A stretch of 64,000 nt of DNA from Heteronotia binoei (lineage: Eukaryota). Each line of letters starts with the position of its first letter. The stretch's first letter is position 1. This document shows positions 12,851-25,960 of this stretch, piece after piece. The notes beneath the pieces are model-generated. The model saw nothing but the letters and a program-made list of their open reading frames with translations. It searched no databases and was not told the origin of the DNA. The DNA lies in assembly GCF_032191835.1 (NCBI RefSeq), contig NC_083232.1, positions 75,144,001-75,208,000 on the forward strand. The letters are read 5' to 3'. The position numbers and the translations under genes are program-made.

Positions 12851-14348
12851 CCGTGGCATTGATCACCATTGCTAGGTCATCGTGTTCCAGGAAAGGGGCC
12901 AACTGCTGAGTCCGTCGGAGATGGAAAAAGGCGAATTTGGCAGTGGCTGCAACTTGGGCCTCCATTGTCAAAGAGGACTCAAGAAGCACTCCCAAACTCT
13001 TGACCTTAGGGGCCGGTATCAATGGCACCCCATCAAGAGTTGGTAAAGGGATCTTCCTTCCTGGGCCACCCTGACCTAGATAGAGAACCTCCGTCTTGTC
13101 GGATTCAGCTTCAACCAACTCTGCCTGAGCCAAGTGCTTCTGTATTCACTTGTGTACTCACCTCACTCTCCCATCAGATTTTTAAATTCCTTCCAGATTT
13201 TAAATTCTTTTCCCCAAGTGTTCTGCAGTCACTCTACTGTATCTCTGTAGTTTCCGAGGGTGGTTTTTTAGAGGAGTATTTCCCTCTCCTCCTTTTAGTT
13301 GGTTTCAAAGCCTTTAAAAGCATACACATTTCCTCAGACTTTTCCTCCCCCCCCTCCCCTCACAGCCCAGTTGGTGTCTCCTTATTGGTCAGTTTTGTAC
13401 TAGGCATGTCTTTTTGAAATGGGAGTTAAGGAAAGTAATTGCCTTTTGGACTTGTTTGCAGAAATAGCCCACTAGCTTGGTTGATTAAGACACAGTGCTA
13501 TTAACATGAAGGTTGTTGGTTTGATTCCCCATTTTGTTTTTTGTCTTTTTTGGGGAAAAATGTTTTCTTTTAAATTGACTGTGAAGACAAACATTTCAAA
13601 TGCCAGGATAATGCTGTGGAACCTGCTCTAGAACAGCAGCAGCCTGTTTAAAAAAAGTCTGGTCCATCGTAACATCTGGTCTTCCCCTTTTTGTAATCTC
13701 ATTTCCAAATAACAATTGTGTGTGTGGGGGGGATGCAGACGTCCCCACTCCCTCTCTGGCCAAGTGGTTGGCATCTCCTCTCACTAAGCTTTTAAATCAG
13801 TTTAGTGCCATTTTTTCCCCCTTCAATAATCCTGGATTATCATTAAACTTCTTGACTATTGATGGGGGTGGTGGTGGGAGAAGAACACTAATGGCAACCC
13901 CACAGTAAATTCAGCTGGAAGAATCTCCTATTTCAAAAGATACTAACCAATCAGGAGAGACCAATCCCATAACGCTACCTGGGTTTTCTCACTGGTATGT
14001 AGAATATATACTCTGCAATTCCCAATAGAAATTGGAGAGGGGAAAAAAAGATGCAGAGTGCAGGCACAGCATTTGAAGTAAACCCCAACCAACTTGACTT
14101 CAATGAAAATCAGAAGTAACTGTATGCAGAAAGGCCCAAAGTCCAGTTTATGGAGTGTAATCATGCAGAAATCCTGCATTTATTTATTTGAAATGTTTTT
14201 ACTTCACCTGTCTCCTTCAAAGAAGGAAAGACCCAAGGTGACTTGATGCTAAATTAAAACCCCCACAAAGTTATCTTTTAAACCATTTATCATCAAAACA
14301 TTGACCTCATACTAATATACCTGCCACATCCCAAACTCTTAAGCCTTA

Positions 14349-14652
14349 GAGAGCCGGTTTGGTGTGGAGAGCCGGTTTGGTGTAGTGGTTAAGTGTGCGG
14401 ACTCTTATCTGGGAGAACCGGGTTTGATTCCCCACTCCTCCACTTGCACCTGCTAGCATGGCCTTGGGTCAGCCATAGCTCTGGCAGAGGTTGTCCTTGA
14501 AAGGGCAGCTGCTGTGAGAGCCCTCTCCAGCCCCACCCACCTCACAGGGTGACTGTTGTGGGGGAGGAAGGTAAAGGAGATTGTGAACCGCTCTGAGACT
14601 CTTCGGAGTGGAGGGCGGGATATAAATCCAATATCTTCTTCTTCTTCTTCTT
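14349..14652 (+). mobile_element. Squam3-like SINE, full length, with 18-nt duplicated 5' end and (CTT)n tail
   Basis: GAGAGCCGGTTTGGTGT occurs at 14349 and 14367; box A/B-like head; ends GATATAAATCCAATATCTTCTTCTTCTT. Confidence 0.88.
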
Positions 14653-15172
14653 AGAGGGAAATAGCACACTAAAATGCCCTCAAAAGTTCTCTTGAAGGTT
14701 GCCTTCTCCATTATAATAAAGATGCAGCAACATCCAATGTACTTTGCTCAGAAGAATCTCCCTTCTTGACTTCCAAGACCTTTTAAAAGAGGGATAAGTT
14801 ATATTGTCAGTGGGTCATAGGAAAATGAGAAAGTGTTGAATGTGAACTAGAATAATCCCCAGAATTACATTTGACTATGCATCTGTACTGCCCTACTGAT
14901 GATAGTGATAGGACTGTCATAAGCCCCACCCACCATTCCAAATACACCACAGCTTCTCTTGGCTTTGCTCATCCAAATCTACACCGACTCACTCCACCCA
15001 TGAAAACCCCATCCATGATAATTAAATGGAATCGTCAATTCAGAGATGGGATTCCTGAGAACAAATGACAGGAGAAGGTTGTTATCTTCATATCCTGTTT
15101 ATAGGTTTCCCACTTATCTAGTCATTGTTGGAGCAGAGTACTGAACTAAATGTAAATAAGAGAATTGCCTAA

Positions 15173-15355
15173 AATGGCTGCCAACCTCCAGGTAACATCT
15201 GGCACTCTCCCAGAATCACAAGTAATCTTCAGACTACATAGATCACTTTCCTTTGAAAAAAGGCCACTTTGGAGGTTGGGCTGAGGTCCTTCTCCTCCTT
15301 ACACTCCATCCTCCAAAATCTCTAGGAATTTCCCAACCTATAGCTGGCAACCCTA
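15173..15355. mobile_element. hAT-type MITE (TAGGGTTGCCA-terminus family), decayed
   Basis: Right terminus TGGCAACCCTA; left terminus degenerate. Confidence 0.55.
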
Positions 15356-17879
15356 GACTACAAGCTTTGCCCTGACCCACATCTTTGACCCTGTCATTAC
15401 TACCACAATGTAACATCTGTTTAATTGAAAGCAAACTAGGGAGAGACAGGTGACTTGCCTAAGACTACCATCTCAGTAGAAGGTAGGGTTCAGGTCATGA
15501 ACACCCTTCTTAAATAATTTCCCCTTCCTCAGATTACTGTTGGAAACCCATACTGCAATGCCCTGTTCTAAACTTGTTCTCTCTGACCTTACATGACCTC
15601 ACTTGCTCATAGAAACAAAAGAAAAACAAATCCAGACAGCCTTCCAAATGGTCCATCTGTTACTTTCTAGTCATAGACAACAATCCTAAATAGGTCTACT
15701 CAGAATTCCATTCAGGTTTATTCAGTGAAGTTTATTCCCAGGAAAGTGTTCTGGGGATTGCACGGTTAGTTTATGGAATTCGCTACCACAAGGTCTGTTA
15801 AGCATTATTGTATATTTTTGATAGGGGGGAATTGGACATATTCAGTGGCTGTCAGCCATTACAGCTAAAGAGAACCTCCCGTGTTCAGAGGCAGTACTGC
15901 AGAACATCAGACGCTAGGGATGATTAACAGAAAATACCACTTCCTTCATAATCTACTTTACAGTTTACAGAAACGTTTGGCTGGCCCAGAACTCCTCTCA
16001 CCCCAATTAATTTGCCTCCTTATTTCCCCAGATCAACAACCCAGATCTTCCTAATTAATTTTCCTTTGTGTCTCCCTCTTCCCAAAAAAAAAATAAAAAT
16101 AAAAAATCCTGTTCACTACAAGAGGTGTCGTTGCTTTTCCCACCCAGTGCAAAAAATGCTGTCAGAAGGAATAATCCCCTTCAGTTTTCTCCCCTGTTTC
16201 TAATTCCTTGCTTCTCTCGCTGTTCTGCCTTCAGGCAAGAGTAAAAGGTACAGCACTTAAATTGGGCAACTGCTATCCACTCAGCAGCTCTGATAACCAT
16301 CCGCTGTTCTGATAGGTGGCTTGCTTTACCCAATCACCACTCCTCCTCTTAGGCAGAGAGTGCAGATGTCCTTGCTATGCTCCATGTTGGGGTCTAGGAG
16401 CAGGCAGGGAGCTTCTCCCAGCACGAGCTCTCACTGCAAAATTTAAAAAGGAAAATCTAAAAGATGTATTTTTGAGTGTATTAGTGGCACAAATGCACTT
16501 TTATTTTATAGTTTTTAAAAAAACTATTTCCCCACAGTTGGCATACTATGCAGAATAAGAAATCACCCCTTGTTAGTGCTTATCAGTGTTAATTGTCCAG
16601 CAACATAGTTTTGTTCAGCATCCCATGCAAGTCATTGCTTTCATACAAATATGCACACGCACATACCACAAAGCCTTTTATCCTTGTGGCTTATATCCTT
16701 TGTTCTTTCTGAAAGCTCTTGGAAAAATGAGCCGGTCCTTTATTAGTCTTCTAGAGAAAAATATGAAAAAAGGACTCTTTAATTTGGAAGGCATCACTCC
16801 TGAACAGTTTTAAAATAGAAATAAATAGGATGCTGCATACTGGAAAGGAAGAGAGGCACTTTAGAATCAAATGTACGTTGTAATTGCAGTAGAATTTTTG
16901 TTTGCCTGACAGATGCTAGGAATGTGAATGCTGATTTGTCACTTATGACAATGGCCATAGTCTTTCTAGTCTGTCTGTGTTGAGAGAAGGAACTCGTGGC
17001 CAAAGAATATTACATGCCTGCAACTTCTCTAAGAATGGTTGTTTTCAAACTAAGCAATGAACAAGGAAGTATGCTAGATTGGGCCTTGTATGGCTGTAAC
17101 TAGCCACCAGTATGACCTTTTCTTAGGCTTGCCAATCCCCAGATCCCAGCGGAGGTTCTCCAGCTTTCCTAGGCTCCTTCCCACTCCCAGTCAGCTGGCC
17201 GGTGGGGGGAAGCCCTGCCCCCACAGCCACCATGTGTCTTTCCACCTCAGGAGGCTTCAGACTCCACTTGGAAAGGCTTCCTCTTAGGATGGTGTGTCTG
17301 TGTCTTTAAGGCTGAATGGGGGCGGGGGAGCAGTCAGAAGAATATGGCTGCTCTCAGTAGCTGTGAAAGCAGCCCAGACTCTCCATTGGTTGCACAATCT
17401 TTTCAGAGGTGGTTTGCATAGAAAAGGTAGAAGATGGGCTTCCTGCATGTGTGTGGCTCCACCTCCTGTGGTAGCCATTTTGTGGCTGGCTCTACCTCAT
17501 GAAGCAGCTATTTTATGGTTGCAGCCACCCCCTGTATCAGAATTCCAAAAATGCCCACAGGCTGAAAAAGGCCAGGCATCCCCAATGTATGAATATTGCC
17601 TTTTGAACCCTTGCTGGGGCAACATTCTGAGCATTTATGCCTCTTCCTTGTTGGGATTTAGGTCATGTGTGTCATATAATGCATGACAGCTTCATATGAA
17701 ACAGTTCAGTTTGGAAGCAATGTCTTCCTGCTCAACCAGCAGTGACATCTTGGGTCCAAGAGAACATGATGCACCACTATGAAACAACAGCACTGAGTTT
17801 TTAAAAATCATCATGCCTTGATATCCATATAGAGCAAATGGAAAAAAGCTTCAGTGGCCAGGAACAATGGAGCCTCCTT

Positions 17880-18677
17880 GAGCCCACTGCATCGCAGCAT
17901 GGCTAGAGGGGGAATTTTGCCCCCCCTGGAGGGAGAGCGGACTTTTCTGGCGCACTTTTGAGCGTGTCTCTAGAGGGCGGGGCTTCAGCGCTATTGCTGA
18001 AGCCCCGTCTGACGCCGTGCAGTCCTCTCGGCGTTTTCGGCCCACCCACCCACCCTGTTCGTTATGCAGGCAATTGCTGGTCGCTTCTGTTTGGAGGGGC
18101 CGGGTAGGAATTTTTTACTCCCCGGCTATTTGGCACATGACTGGGGGGTGTTTTTTGCCTACCCTGCATAGCATGTCAGTGGATTGAGGAATTGGCTTTG
18201 GGTTGGTGCCTTGGTAGAGTTTGGTCACTTTTTGGGCAGGTTTTACGGGGTTTATGGCACCATGCGGCCTGGGGAGGACCGGTTAGCCTCCCCTTTTGGG
18301 GAGTTAGGGGTCTGGCAGGATCAACCTTTGGTGTGGCCCGAGGTATATGAACGCAGACTGTCCTGGAGACTCGATTGGATGCGTGCCTTTCGCTGAGACT
18401 CGCGTCTGGTGTTTGGGCCCTCTGGTGCGAGCCTCCCTGCTGGGCCTGCCTAACGGGAGCTGTGGCTCACAGCTCCAGCTGGGGGGCCGGGTCTCTCGCC
18501 CGCTGAAAAAGGCAGGGGAGCGGTCTGAGGAGACCCCTGGCCCTGACCTGGCCGCAGTTCGGTTGCCCTTGCTGGTTATTTTAATAAAAGTGGCCCATAG
18601 TTTCACCAATCTAATTGTGTCCGTCTCTTTATTCCGACTTAGGGGGCAATTGTTGCTTTACCCAGTCAGCCTCAACA
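17880..18677 (+). mobile_element. CpG/GC-rich LTR-like (or DIRS/Ngaro-like terminal repeat) remnant
   Basis: Abrupt CpG-rich block; AATAAA at ~18584 and end ...CTCAACA; perfect 12-bp hairpin at 17978-18007. No TSD found. Confidence 0.4.
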
Positions 18678-18803
18678 TATGCATAGCCTTTAAGTGGCAC
18701 TTTCCTTCCTTCATATCCATCTCTGCAGACAGCTTTTATATCAAATCCCAGAGTTTGCTCCTCCCCACTTAAGAAGTCAGGAGATGGCTCAGTCTCTGTT
18801 GGG

Positions 18804-18987
18804 CAGGGTCGGATCTAGGGGGGGCAGGGGTGGGGGTGTGTGCTTGCCCCGGGCGCCAACAGAGAGGGGGCGCCAATTGGGTATGGAGTCCATGTATTCT
18901 ATGGGACCATAAGATAGAATGGCCCAAAAGGGGGCGTCATTTTTTAATTTTGCCCCCCTCCTCAAAAAACATGTAGATCCGGTCCTG
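18804..18987. mobile_element. hAT MITE with exact 8-bp TSD
   Basis: TIRs CAGGGTCGGATCTA / TAGATCCGGTCCTG; TSD CTGTTGGG at 18796-18803 and 18988-18995. Confidence 0.9.
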
Positions 18988-19650
18988 CTGTTGGGTTCTA
19001 TCTTCCTCCTTTTGCCAACTCCCCAGAGGTTGACATTGCTTCCTGATTTGGTAGACAGACATCAGCTCCCCTGTCAGGACTCTTCCAGGGATGGGCCATG
19101 GAAGAGATGGCAGGTAGATTTGAGAACAGTTTCTGATGAAGACCTGGAGCCTTAGGAGAGTCATCAGCAGAGGAATCCACCTCAAGAGGCAACACAACTG
19201 GAGAACCTTCAGATTTTCAGCCCAGTTGTATCTCTTCACCACAGATGGCCAGGCCTCAAGCCACCAGCCCCCAAATCTCCTTCCAAACCAACAAGATAAT
19301 TGAGTGCCACAAGCCTGTGAGGAGCCAGTCCAGTGCAGGAGAAGTGCCTGGCTTGCTTCTTGTGCTCCTTCCACTGAACAGAGATTGCTGCTCCTGCATA
19401 TGTAGCTCCTCACAGGATCATGCCCCAATGTAGTACTTGCAGAAGCAACTCTCAGACCAGGCAGGGCTGCTTCACTGCAAAACTATATAAACCCCAATCT
19501 CAGCAAAGAGTTTAGTGCTTTAAGTGTTTGGCGGGGACCAACTTGTAACTTAATCCACAGCAGTCTTTGGAGCTAGCATTGACCTAGACCACAGTTCTAG
19601 CTTGGGGAGAGGCCCACTGCTGAACCCCAGTAAGCCAGTGGCCCAGACAC

Positions 19651-19873
19651 TTGGGTTGCCAGCCTCCAGCTGGTGGCTGAAGATCACCAGGGTTTACAAC
19701 TAATCTCCAGGCAACAGAAATCAGTTCACCTGATAAAATGGCTGTTTTAGAAGGTGGATTCTATAGCATTATATCCTACCGATGTCCCTCCTCTCCTCTC
19801 CCCAAACCACACCATCCTTGAGCTCCACCCCCAAGATGTCCAGGTATTTCCAAGCTTGGAGCTGGCAACCCTT
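19651..19873. mobile_element. hAT-type MITE (TAGGGTTGCCA family)
   Basis: Termini TTGGGTTGCCA / TGGCAACCCTT; body is similar, in opposite orientation, to 20647-20867. Confidence 0.65.
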
Positions 19874-20646
19874 CCTCCTTGTCCCTATGGAGTCCTTTTG
19901 CAGCTCCAGCATGCTACCATCAAAGGACATAATATTGCCTACCCCAATAATTCAATGAACTTTTCAGTTATTCTATATTTGCTATGTTTGATATTTTGAG
20001 GATGCCTTCTTCTCCCCTCTCCAGAACACTTTTACATTTTATTTGGTTTTTAATATTATCACTTGTGGATTTCAAAGCAAATGAAAGCATTTCTTCCTGA
20101 TTCCTTCTGGCTCTAAATCTCCATAGACCTAGATGATAACAGGGAAATAGCAGCATACCCTGATAGATATTTTATGTGCTTACTCGCCTGCTCTGGAACA
20201 CATTGGCCAACTTAGAGAATGTAAAGTTTAAATCGACTTTTCTGCGCTGACAAACAGTAAGGGGAAAATGGGAAGGAAATATTACATCTTAATTGTCACT
20301 CTCAGCTGGGATCAGCAAATCTGGTTCATCCTCTCGCTACTACTGTTTACTAAGTCTCCCAGCCCCACTGTAATTATTTTCTTAATCCCAGAGTGTATTG
20401 TCTGTGACAAAGAGAAACACATGTAGCAGCCTAGAGAACCTCCCCGCCCTCCTTATATTGACTTCGGCCCATGCAATATCCAACTGGTCCCATAAGCTTA
20501 TTTACTAGGATCTTTCATTTTCCAGTTAGAAAGACTTGGAATTCATATAAGATGCACTCACTGCCAACACTGACGCATCATCAGCTTAATGATCTGATTT
20601 GTAGCTCCCACTTCCACTCAAGAGCCAGTGCAGTCTAGTGGATAGA

Positions 20647-20867
20647 TAGTGCTGCCAGCTTTGGGTTGGAAAATACCTGGAGATTTATTGGGTGGAGCCT
20701 TGGGAAGGCAGTGTGGGGAAGGGAAGGACCTCAGTAGGGTATAATGCTAGAAAGTCCACCCTCCAAAGCAGCCATTTTCTCCAGGGGAACTGATCTTGGT
20801 TGTCTGACTGGAGATCAGTTGCAATAGTGGGAGATTTCCAACTGCCACCTGGAGGTTGGCAACCCTA
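20647..20867. mobile_element. hAT-type MITE (TAGGGTTGCCA family)
   Basis: Right terminus TTGGCAACCCTA; 8-bp TSD TGGATAGA/TGGACAGA (7/8). Confidence 0.75.
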
Positions 20868-20889
20868 TGGACAGAGCAGCAGAGTAGGA

Positions 20890-21070
20890 CCCTGGGGAAC
20901 CCAGGTTTGAAGCTCCACTTCTGCCATAGAAACTTTCTGGGTGACCTTGGGCCTTTCTTAGCCAGGCCTGCCTCACAGGGGGTATTGTTGTGGGGAAATA
21001 GAGGAGGAGAGAATGATGTTCTTTAAAAGAGGCTTTTGAGTCTGAACTGGGGAGAAAAGCTGGATATAAA
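20890..21070 (+). mobile_element. Old MIR/Squam3-like SINE
   Basis: GGGTGACCTTGGGC core, CCTCACAGGG..TTGTTGTGGGG and ending GGATATAAAC. Confidence 0.6.
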
Positions 21071-21991
21071 CAAACAAACACACATGCAGCATTATTCTGC
21101 CAACATGAGCTGAGACCTTGGGTTGCCTCCAAGAGATTGTTCTGTCTTTCCTGAGGTCTTAGCAAACTCTTTCAAGAGAACCTTTTGGTAGTGTGGTAGA
21201 GCTTTAGGCACAGCAGTTTTACACATTGGATCTCAACACAGTTTACAATTCTAGGTATTTCCTACATAGTTGTGACATATATACTTCCAGGTGTTAATAA
21301 AATTCTGGTTTTTCCTCTTCAGATACAAAAATAATCAAGTAGTTAAGGCCAACCTTATTTAAAATTAAATAGAAGCTGAACATGTTCTGTCTTACTTTTA
21401 AATGACATTGGTCTCGACCCATTACCATTGTTATATACTATTGTACCATCTGTCTGCAATTCCAAAATGTAGATTATACTTTGTATGGTTCTAGTGAAAT
21501 TAGATCCCTTTTCTTCTCCTTTTTCTTTCACCGTCCCAACTATCAAGGTCAAAGTAAACCTGATTTTAAAAATAACAATATTCTGAAATTTGTGTAAGTC
21601 TGCATACTTTTCAGAACTAAACAATCTTGCAGTTCCAGTTTTTCTTTCAGAACAATTTGTTAAACAATTACAGACAAAGGAACTATGGCAGATACAGGGA
21701 TAGGAAAATTTGAACTTGGCTAAAATTCCTCTTTCTGTAGTGAAAAGCACAGGAGTCCATTCCTTTATATCTAGCCCCACTTCATTGCTATGAGGGTTAG
21801 CTTACTCCTATCATCACCACCTTAAGAGCCAAAGTTGCCATCCCAGAATTGGGAAATTCCTGGAGATTTGGAGGTGGAGCTTGGGGGAGGGGAGTTCCTC
21901 AGGGGTCTGCTCTTCAAAACAGCCATCCCCCCCCCCGCCCCGCAGCCTGAGAGCAGCTGTAATTCTGAGAGACCTGAAGGTTGGCAATCTT

Positions 21992-22483
21992 TAGGGTTGC
22001 CAAGTCCAATTCAAGAAATATCTGGGGACTTTGGGGGTGGAGCCAGGAGACTTCGGGGGTGGAGCCAGGAACAAGGTTGTGACAAGCATAATTGAACTCC
22101 AAAGGGAGTTTTGGCCATTGCACTTAAAGGGACCGCACACCTTTTAAATGTCTTTCCTCTACTGGAAATAATGAAGGATAGGGACACCTTTTTGGGGGGC
22201 TCATAGAATTGGACCCCTCAGTCCAATCTTTTTGAAACTTGAAGGGTCTTTTGAGGGGAGGCATTCAATGCAAATTTGGTGCCTTTACCTCAAAAAACAG
22301 CCCTTCCAGATACCCGTGGAGCAATTCTCCATTATTCCCAATGGAATGGGTCTCCATAGGGAATGAGTGCCCAGCAGACGTTTCCCTCCCTACCCACCCC
22401 CCCGCTTTCTGATGACCCTGAAGTGGGAGGAGGGACTCCAAACCAGGGGATCCCCTGCCCCCACCTGGGGATTGGCAACCCTA
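21992..22483. mobile_element. 492-bp hAT MITE inserted into the terminus of an older MITE (~21830-21991)
   Basis: TIRs TAGGGTTGCCAA / TTGGCAACCCTA; TSD GCAATCTT/GCAACCTT (7/8); same family as 50322-50824 in opposite orientation. Confidence 0.88.
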
Positions 22484-24269
22484 GCAACCTTAAAGACAGA
22501 TTTATATGTATTAGGCCAGTTTCCTCAAAGCAAAGGTCTGGCCATATGTTCATATTGTGGCACAAACAGATTCTTGCTTCTGGGCAATAAGGACTAGTGA
22601 TGTAGCTTCTCCTGTCACTCTGGAAAAGTATAACATTTCTTGCCAATGTGATTGGGGTATGATGTCATCAAGCAGTGGAAACTGGGCCATTCTACAGAAT
22701 GTATGAACTGGTTCTAATATGTGAAGCTATTCTGGGTAGAGATAATGTGTTCTTCTGCACAGTAACTCCCAACAATAAGGGGCAGTTCTTAGTGTTGAAC
22801 TGGTATCCGGGAATCCTGGGAATCCTTTCACTACCATGTAAGGTCACTAGGTGACCTCGGACCAGTCACAGACATTCAACCTAATTCACCAGGTTGTTGG
22901 GAATATAAAAGCCTGTTTACCCTCTGAACTCCTTTGAGGAAATATTTTTTTGGGGGATGTATTAGAGAATAAATGATGGATTGCATCTACACTGATTTTT
23001 CTACTAATGGAAGGCACTTCAGTCAACAGCATAGAACTTTCCTGCTATCTCCCTCCCACTGTAGCCCATCGTTGACCCTGAAATGCTGCTCCTGTGGGAC
23101 AGGGGACCCTTGGGGGTGGCATGAGGGGCAAATTGGGGGTCTGCTGCAGGAAGGGGGAATTGGCAGAAATGTGCTTTCCCTTCTGTATTAGGAAAATTGT
23201 CTGGATCCCACCCACCCTATCTGAAACAACTTCTGGGTGGAGATAGTCTTCTGTTACCTCTGTTGCATGATGGCCAAAAGTATTTCAAATTCTATGTTGT
23301 ATAGATTACCAGGATCCAGAACACAGGTCCTTTGAGGAGGAGGCTCTAGTTGAAGTATTCCAAAGACAATTTAATTAAAAATAAATGCCACCAAATGGGG
23401 TAAAAACACTAAGTGCATGCAATCCCACAATTAATAGAGACAAAGGGACAGGAGATGGTGATTCTTTAACTGCATGCAGTGAGAAACTCACTTGCAGAAC
23501 ATGTCCCGTCTTAATTTGTGCTGTGCTGTTTGAAATGCTAATGAAGCCAGAATTCTCAAAGGTCATATTTGGAATATATTGGTGCTTTTCTTTTTTTTCC
23601 CCAGTTTCAAAACAATTAAAATGAGGTTTAGTTCCTAATTTGGTTAACAATGTTAGCTCTTCCGTTAATTAGCCGAGGTGTAAGAATGTCTCTTTGCTCT
23701 GGCCATTTGCTGAATGAGAAGGCACTTTATTTTCATTTAAACTATTCCACTGTGCTTTTTTGTTACTTTTTTCCTTCTCAGGGATGTCTTTTCTCTATTG
23801 ATTGTGCAAAATAACTGGGGGGAAATTATTTAAAAAAATATAAAAAGAGAAAGAAAAGTGCACATTTAGCAAATCCCTGCACTGCGTACTTCAAGGAGTC
23901 ATTTATCATCCTTGGAAAGGTTGGATTCTTCACAAATATTAAAGAAAAAGGTTGGTAATTGCTGTGTGCAACTAATTGACAGAACTGTGTTGTTAAAGAG
24001 AGAGAACTTTTAGGCTGCCTTTGATACTGACTCTTGAGGATGTTCTAAAATTTGTGTTTGTGATAAATTTAAAAACGACAACACTACCATCTTGTGTTCT
24101 TGGTGAGCATGCATTTTTGCATCTTATTAAAAGGGTGATAGACTTTCTACTGAATGGATGCTATTATCTTCAAAAGGGTCTGTTACTGCTGCTATTGAGT
24201 GTATGACTTACAGTGCAATACTGAACTGAGCATGATTTCCCCCATTAAGTCAAAGCTGATTTATGGGAT

Positions 24270-24430
24270 GACCCATGGGATTTTCAAGACTAGAGATGTT
24301 CAGAGGTGGTTTGCCATTGCTTGCCTCCACATCATGACCTTGGTATTCGTCAGTGGTCTCCCTTCCAAATATTAGCCAGGGTCAACCCTGCTTAGCTTCT
24401 GAGATCTGATGAGATCAGGCTAGTCTGGGG
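24270..24430 (-). mobile_element. 5S-derived SINE nested in a palindromic TA-flanked MITE (~24205-24490)
   Basis: CCCTGCTTAGCTTCTGAGATCTGATGAGATCAGGCTAG is a reverse 5S-like head. The flanks carry CAGTGCAAT / ATTGCACTG ends. Confidence 0.6.
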
Positions 24431-25960
24431 CTTTCCCAGTCAGGCCTTTAATGGATTTAGAAGGGTGTAATTCAGTTTAGGATTGCACTGTTATGCCATG
24501 GAGTCCGGGTTCATAAACTACCCATTTCATGCAATCCCAGATCCAGGATGCAGTTGGGAGGAGTCACACAGAGGATGACAAGTTGTAGTCGAGGAAATTA
24601 AACTTGAACCAAATCTATAACTTCTATTGGGACAAAGACTTAAGAATAAATAAACAGGAACAGCATTTTCATGATCTTGGGGAGGGATTTTTAATAGAAT
24701 ATTCGAGAAGATTTGGTATGGCGTATGAATAGGTGGATTTAAAGAAGCATTTAGTGTAGAGCAGTCTTCTGCTAAGTTGAAGGTGAGGTCCTCTGAATTG
24801 CTTGCCAAGGACGTCTGTTGTCTTGTTTCACAAGCTAATTTTGGATTTTCATTAGTACGCTGTGCTAATCAGGTTTAATGAATCTGAGCCCAAATTGCAT
24901 TATGGGTTATTGTCGACGGGTAGGTGGAGACACGCCACATTAACGCAGCAGAACAAAAGACACAGACAGCAAATGCTAGAGAAACATACGGCTCTTATTA
25001 GTTATGGATCTATCCTTTTTACACTGTGTTAGACTCAGGGATTTGAAAGTAAACAAATATAAATCATATGGGAGCAGAGCTTTTCCAGAAGTACATTAGA
25101 GGAATGTAGCGCATGAAGCTGTGGTTTCGGTGGGGGATTTAGTCCTAATTTTACCCTTGTCTTCGCTGTGGTGGACACTCAAGTGGGTTACAAAATGCAT
25201 ATAACAATATCTTAAATTATAACAGGCTTTAAAAAAACAGTTCTCTGCAGTAGATTATTTTTATATTGAATTCCCCCGCCCCTTGCATTTGCTCTAGTCA
25301 GGGCAATGCAAAGGATCACTAAATTTAACCTCCTTTCACTATAGCCAAACTGTTCTGAATGGTATTTCTGAGACTCTACCCCACCCTCCCCCAAGCATCT
25401 GAATACACAAAAGACTTCACAAACTCCTTATTCCCATAAATCATTCTTACATTTAGGGACCTTTTTGCTATGTTGTGGTAAACCTAGGGGTTAATCTCCT
25501 GCTCTCCAGGAAGTAAACCAGACTGCTGGGGAAGTGGTTAGTACACTATTAAACCTAACTCCCACCAGAAGGCTCCCAGTAGACATTGTAAACTAAGCCC
25601 AGTTTACAACATGCAACAATGAAACCCATGTGGTTTTTTTTAAAGCTTCAATTCAGATTTAGCATGGCAGATATTTTGAGAAGCACTCTTCTGAAACTGA
25701 ATCTAGCTGTTTCAGTTCAGAGCCACAGTGCACTGCCCTCTGAAACTACCCCCATAGTGCAATGCTTCCTCTAAGCTGTGGAGTCTTGTGAGCAAAAATT
25801 CTACTTTGTGAGCTACTGGCATTAATGTTGTGAGCGGGCCATTTGGTTACTGCATACATTAGTTTGCTCTGGTGCCATCCTTTGTAAGACAAAAAATATG
25901 TGAGCTGGAGGCTAAAAATACTGTGAGCTAGCTCACACTAACTCAGAGGGAACTGTTATG

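Larger units (their letters stand above)
10815..13135 (-). mobile_element. 5'-truncated L2 LINE (RT C-terminal region, long 3' UTR, (TAAA)n tail) with internal tandem duplications
   Basis: ORFs 12234-13133 and 11852-12385 contain the L2 motifs KLQLVQNAAA, HIQPVLKELHWLP, RAFSVAAPEIWNALP and CKTELFRQAF. The 3' end CCCTGAGTCCGCTTGCAGAGAGGGCGGGGTATAAAT...(TAAA)n lies at ~10815-10875. Confidence 0.9.

Noticed and set aside
19072-19649. Possible old LTR (TGTCAG...CAGACA with TATATAAA)
   Set aside because: No TSD and no clear terminal inverted match.
21355-21780. 141-aa AT-rich ORF
   Set aside because: No recognisable domain; possibly a decayed L1 remnant.
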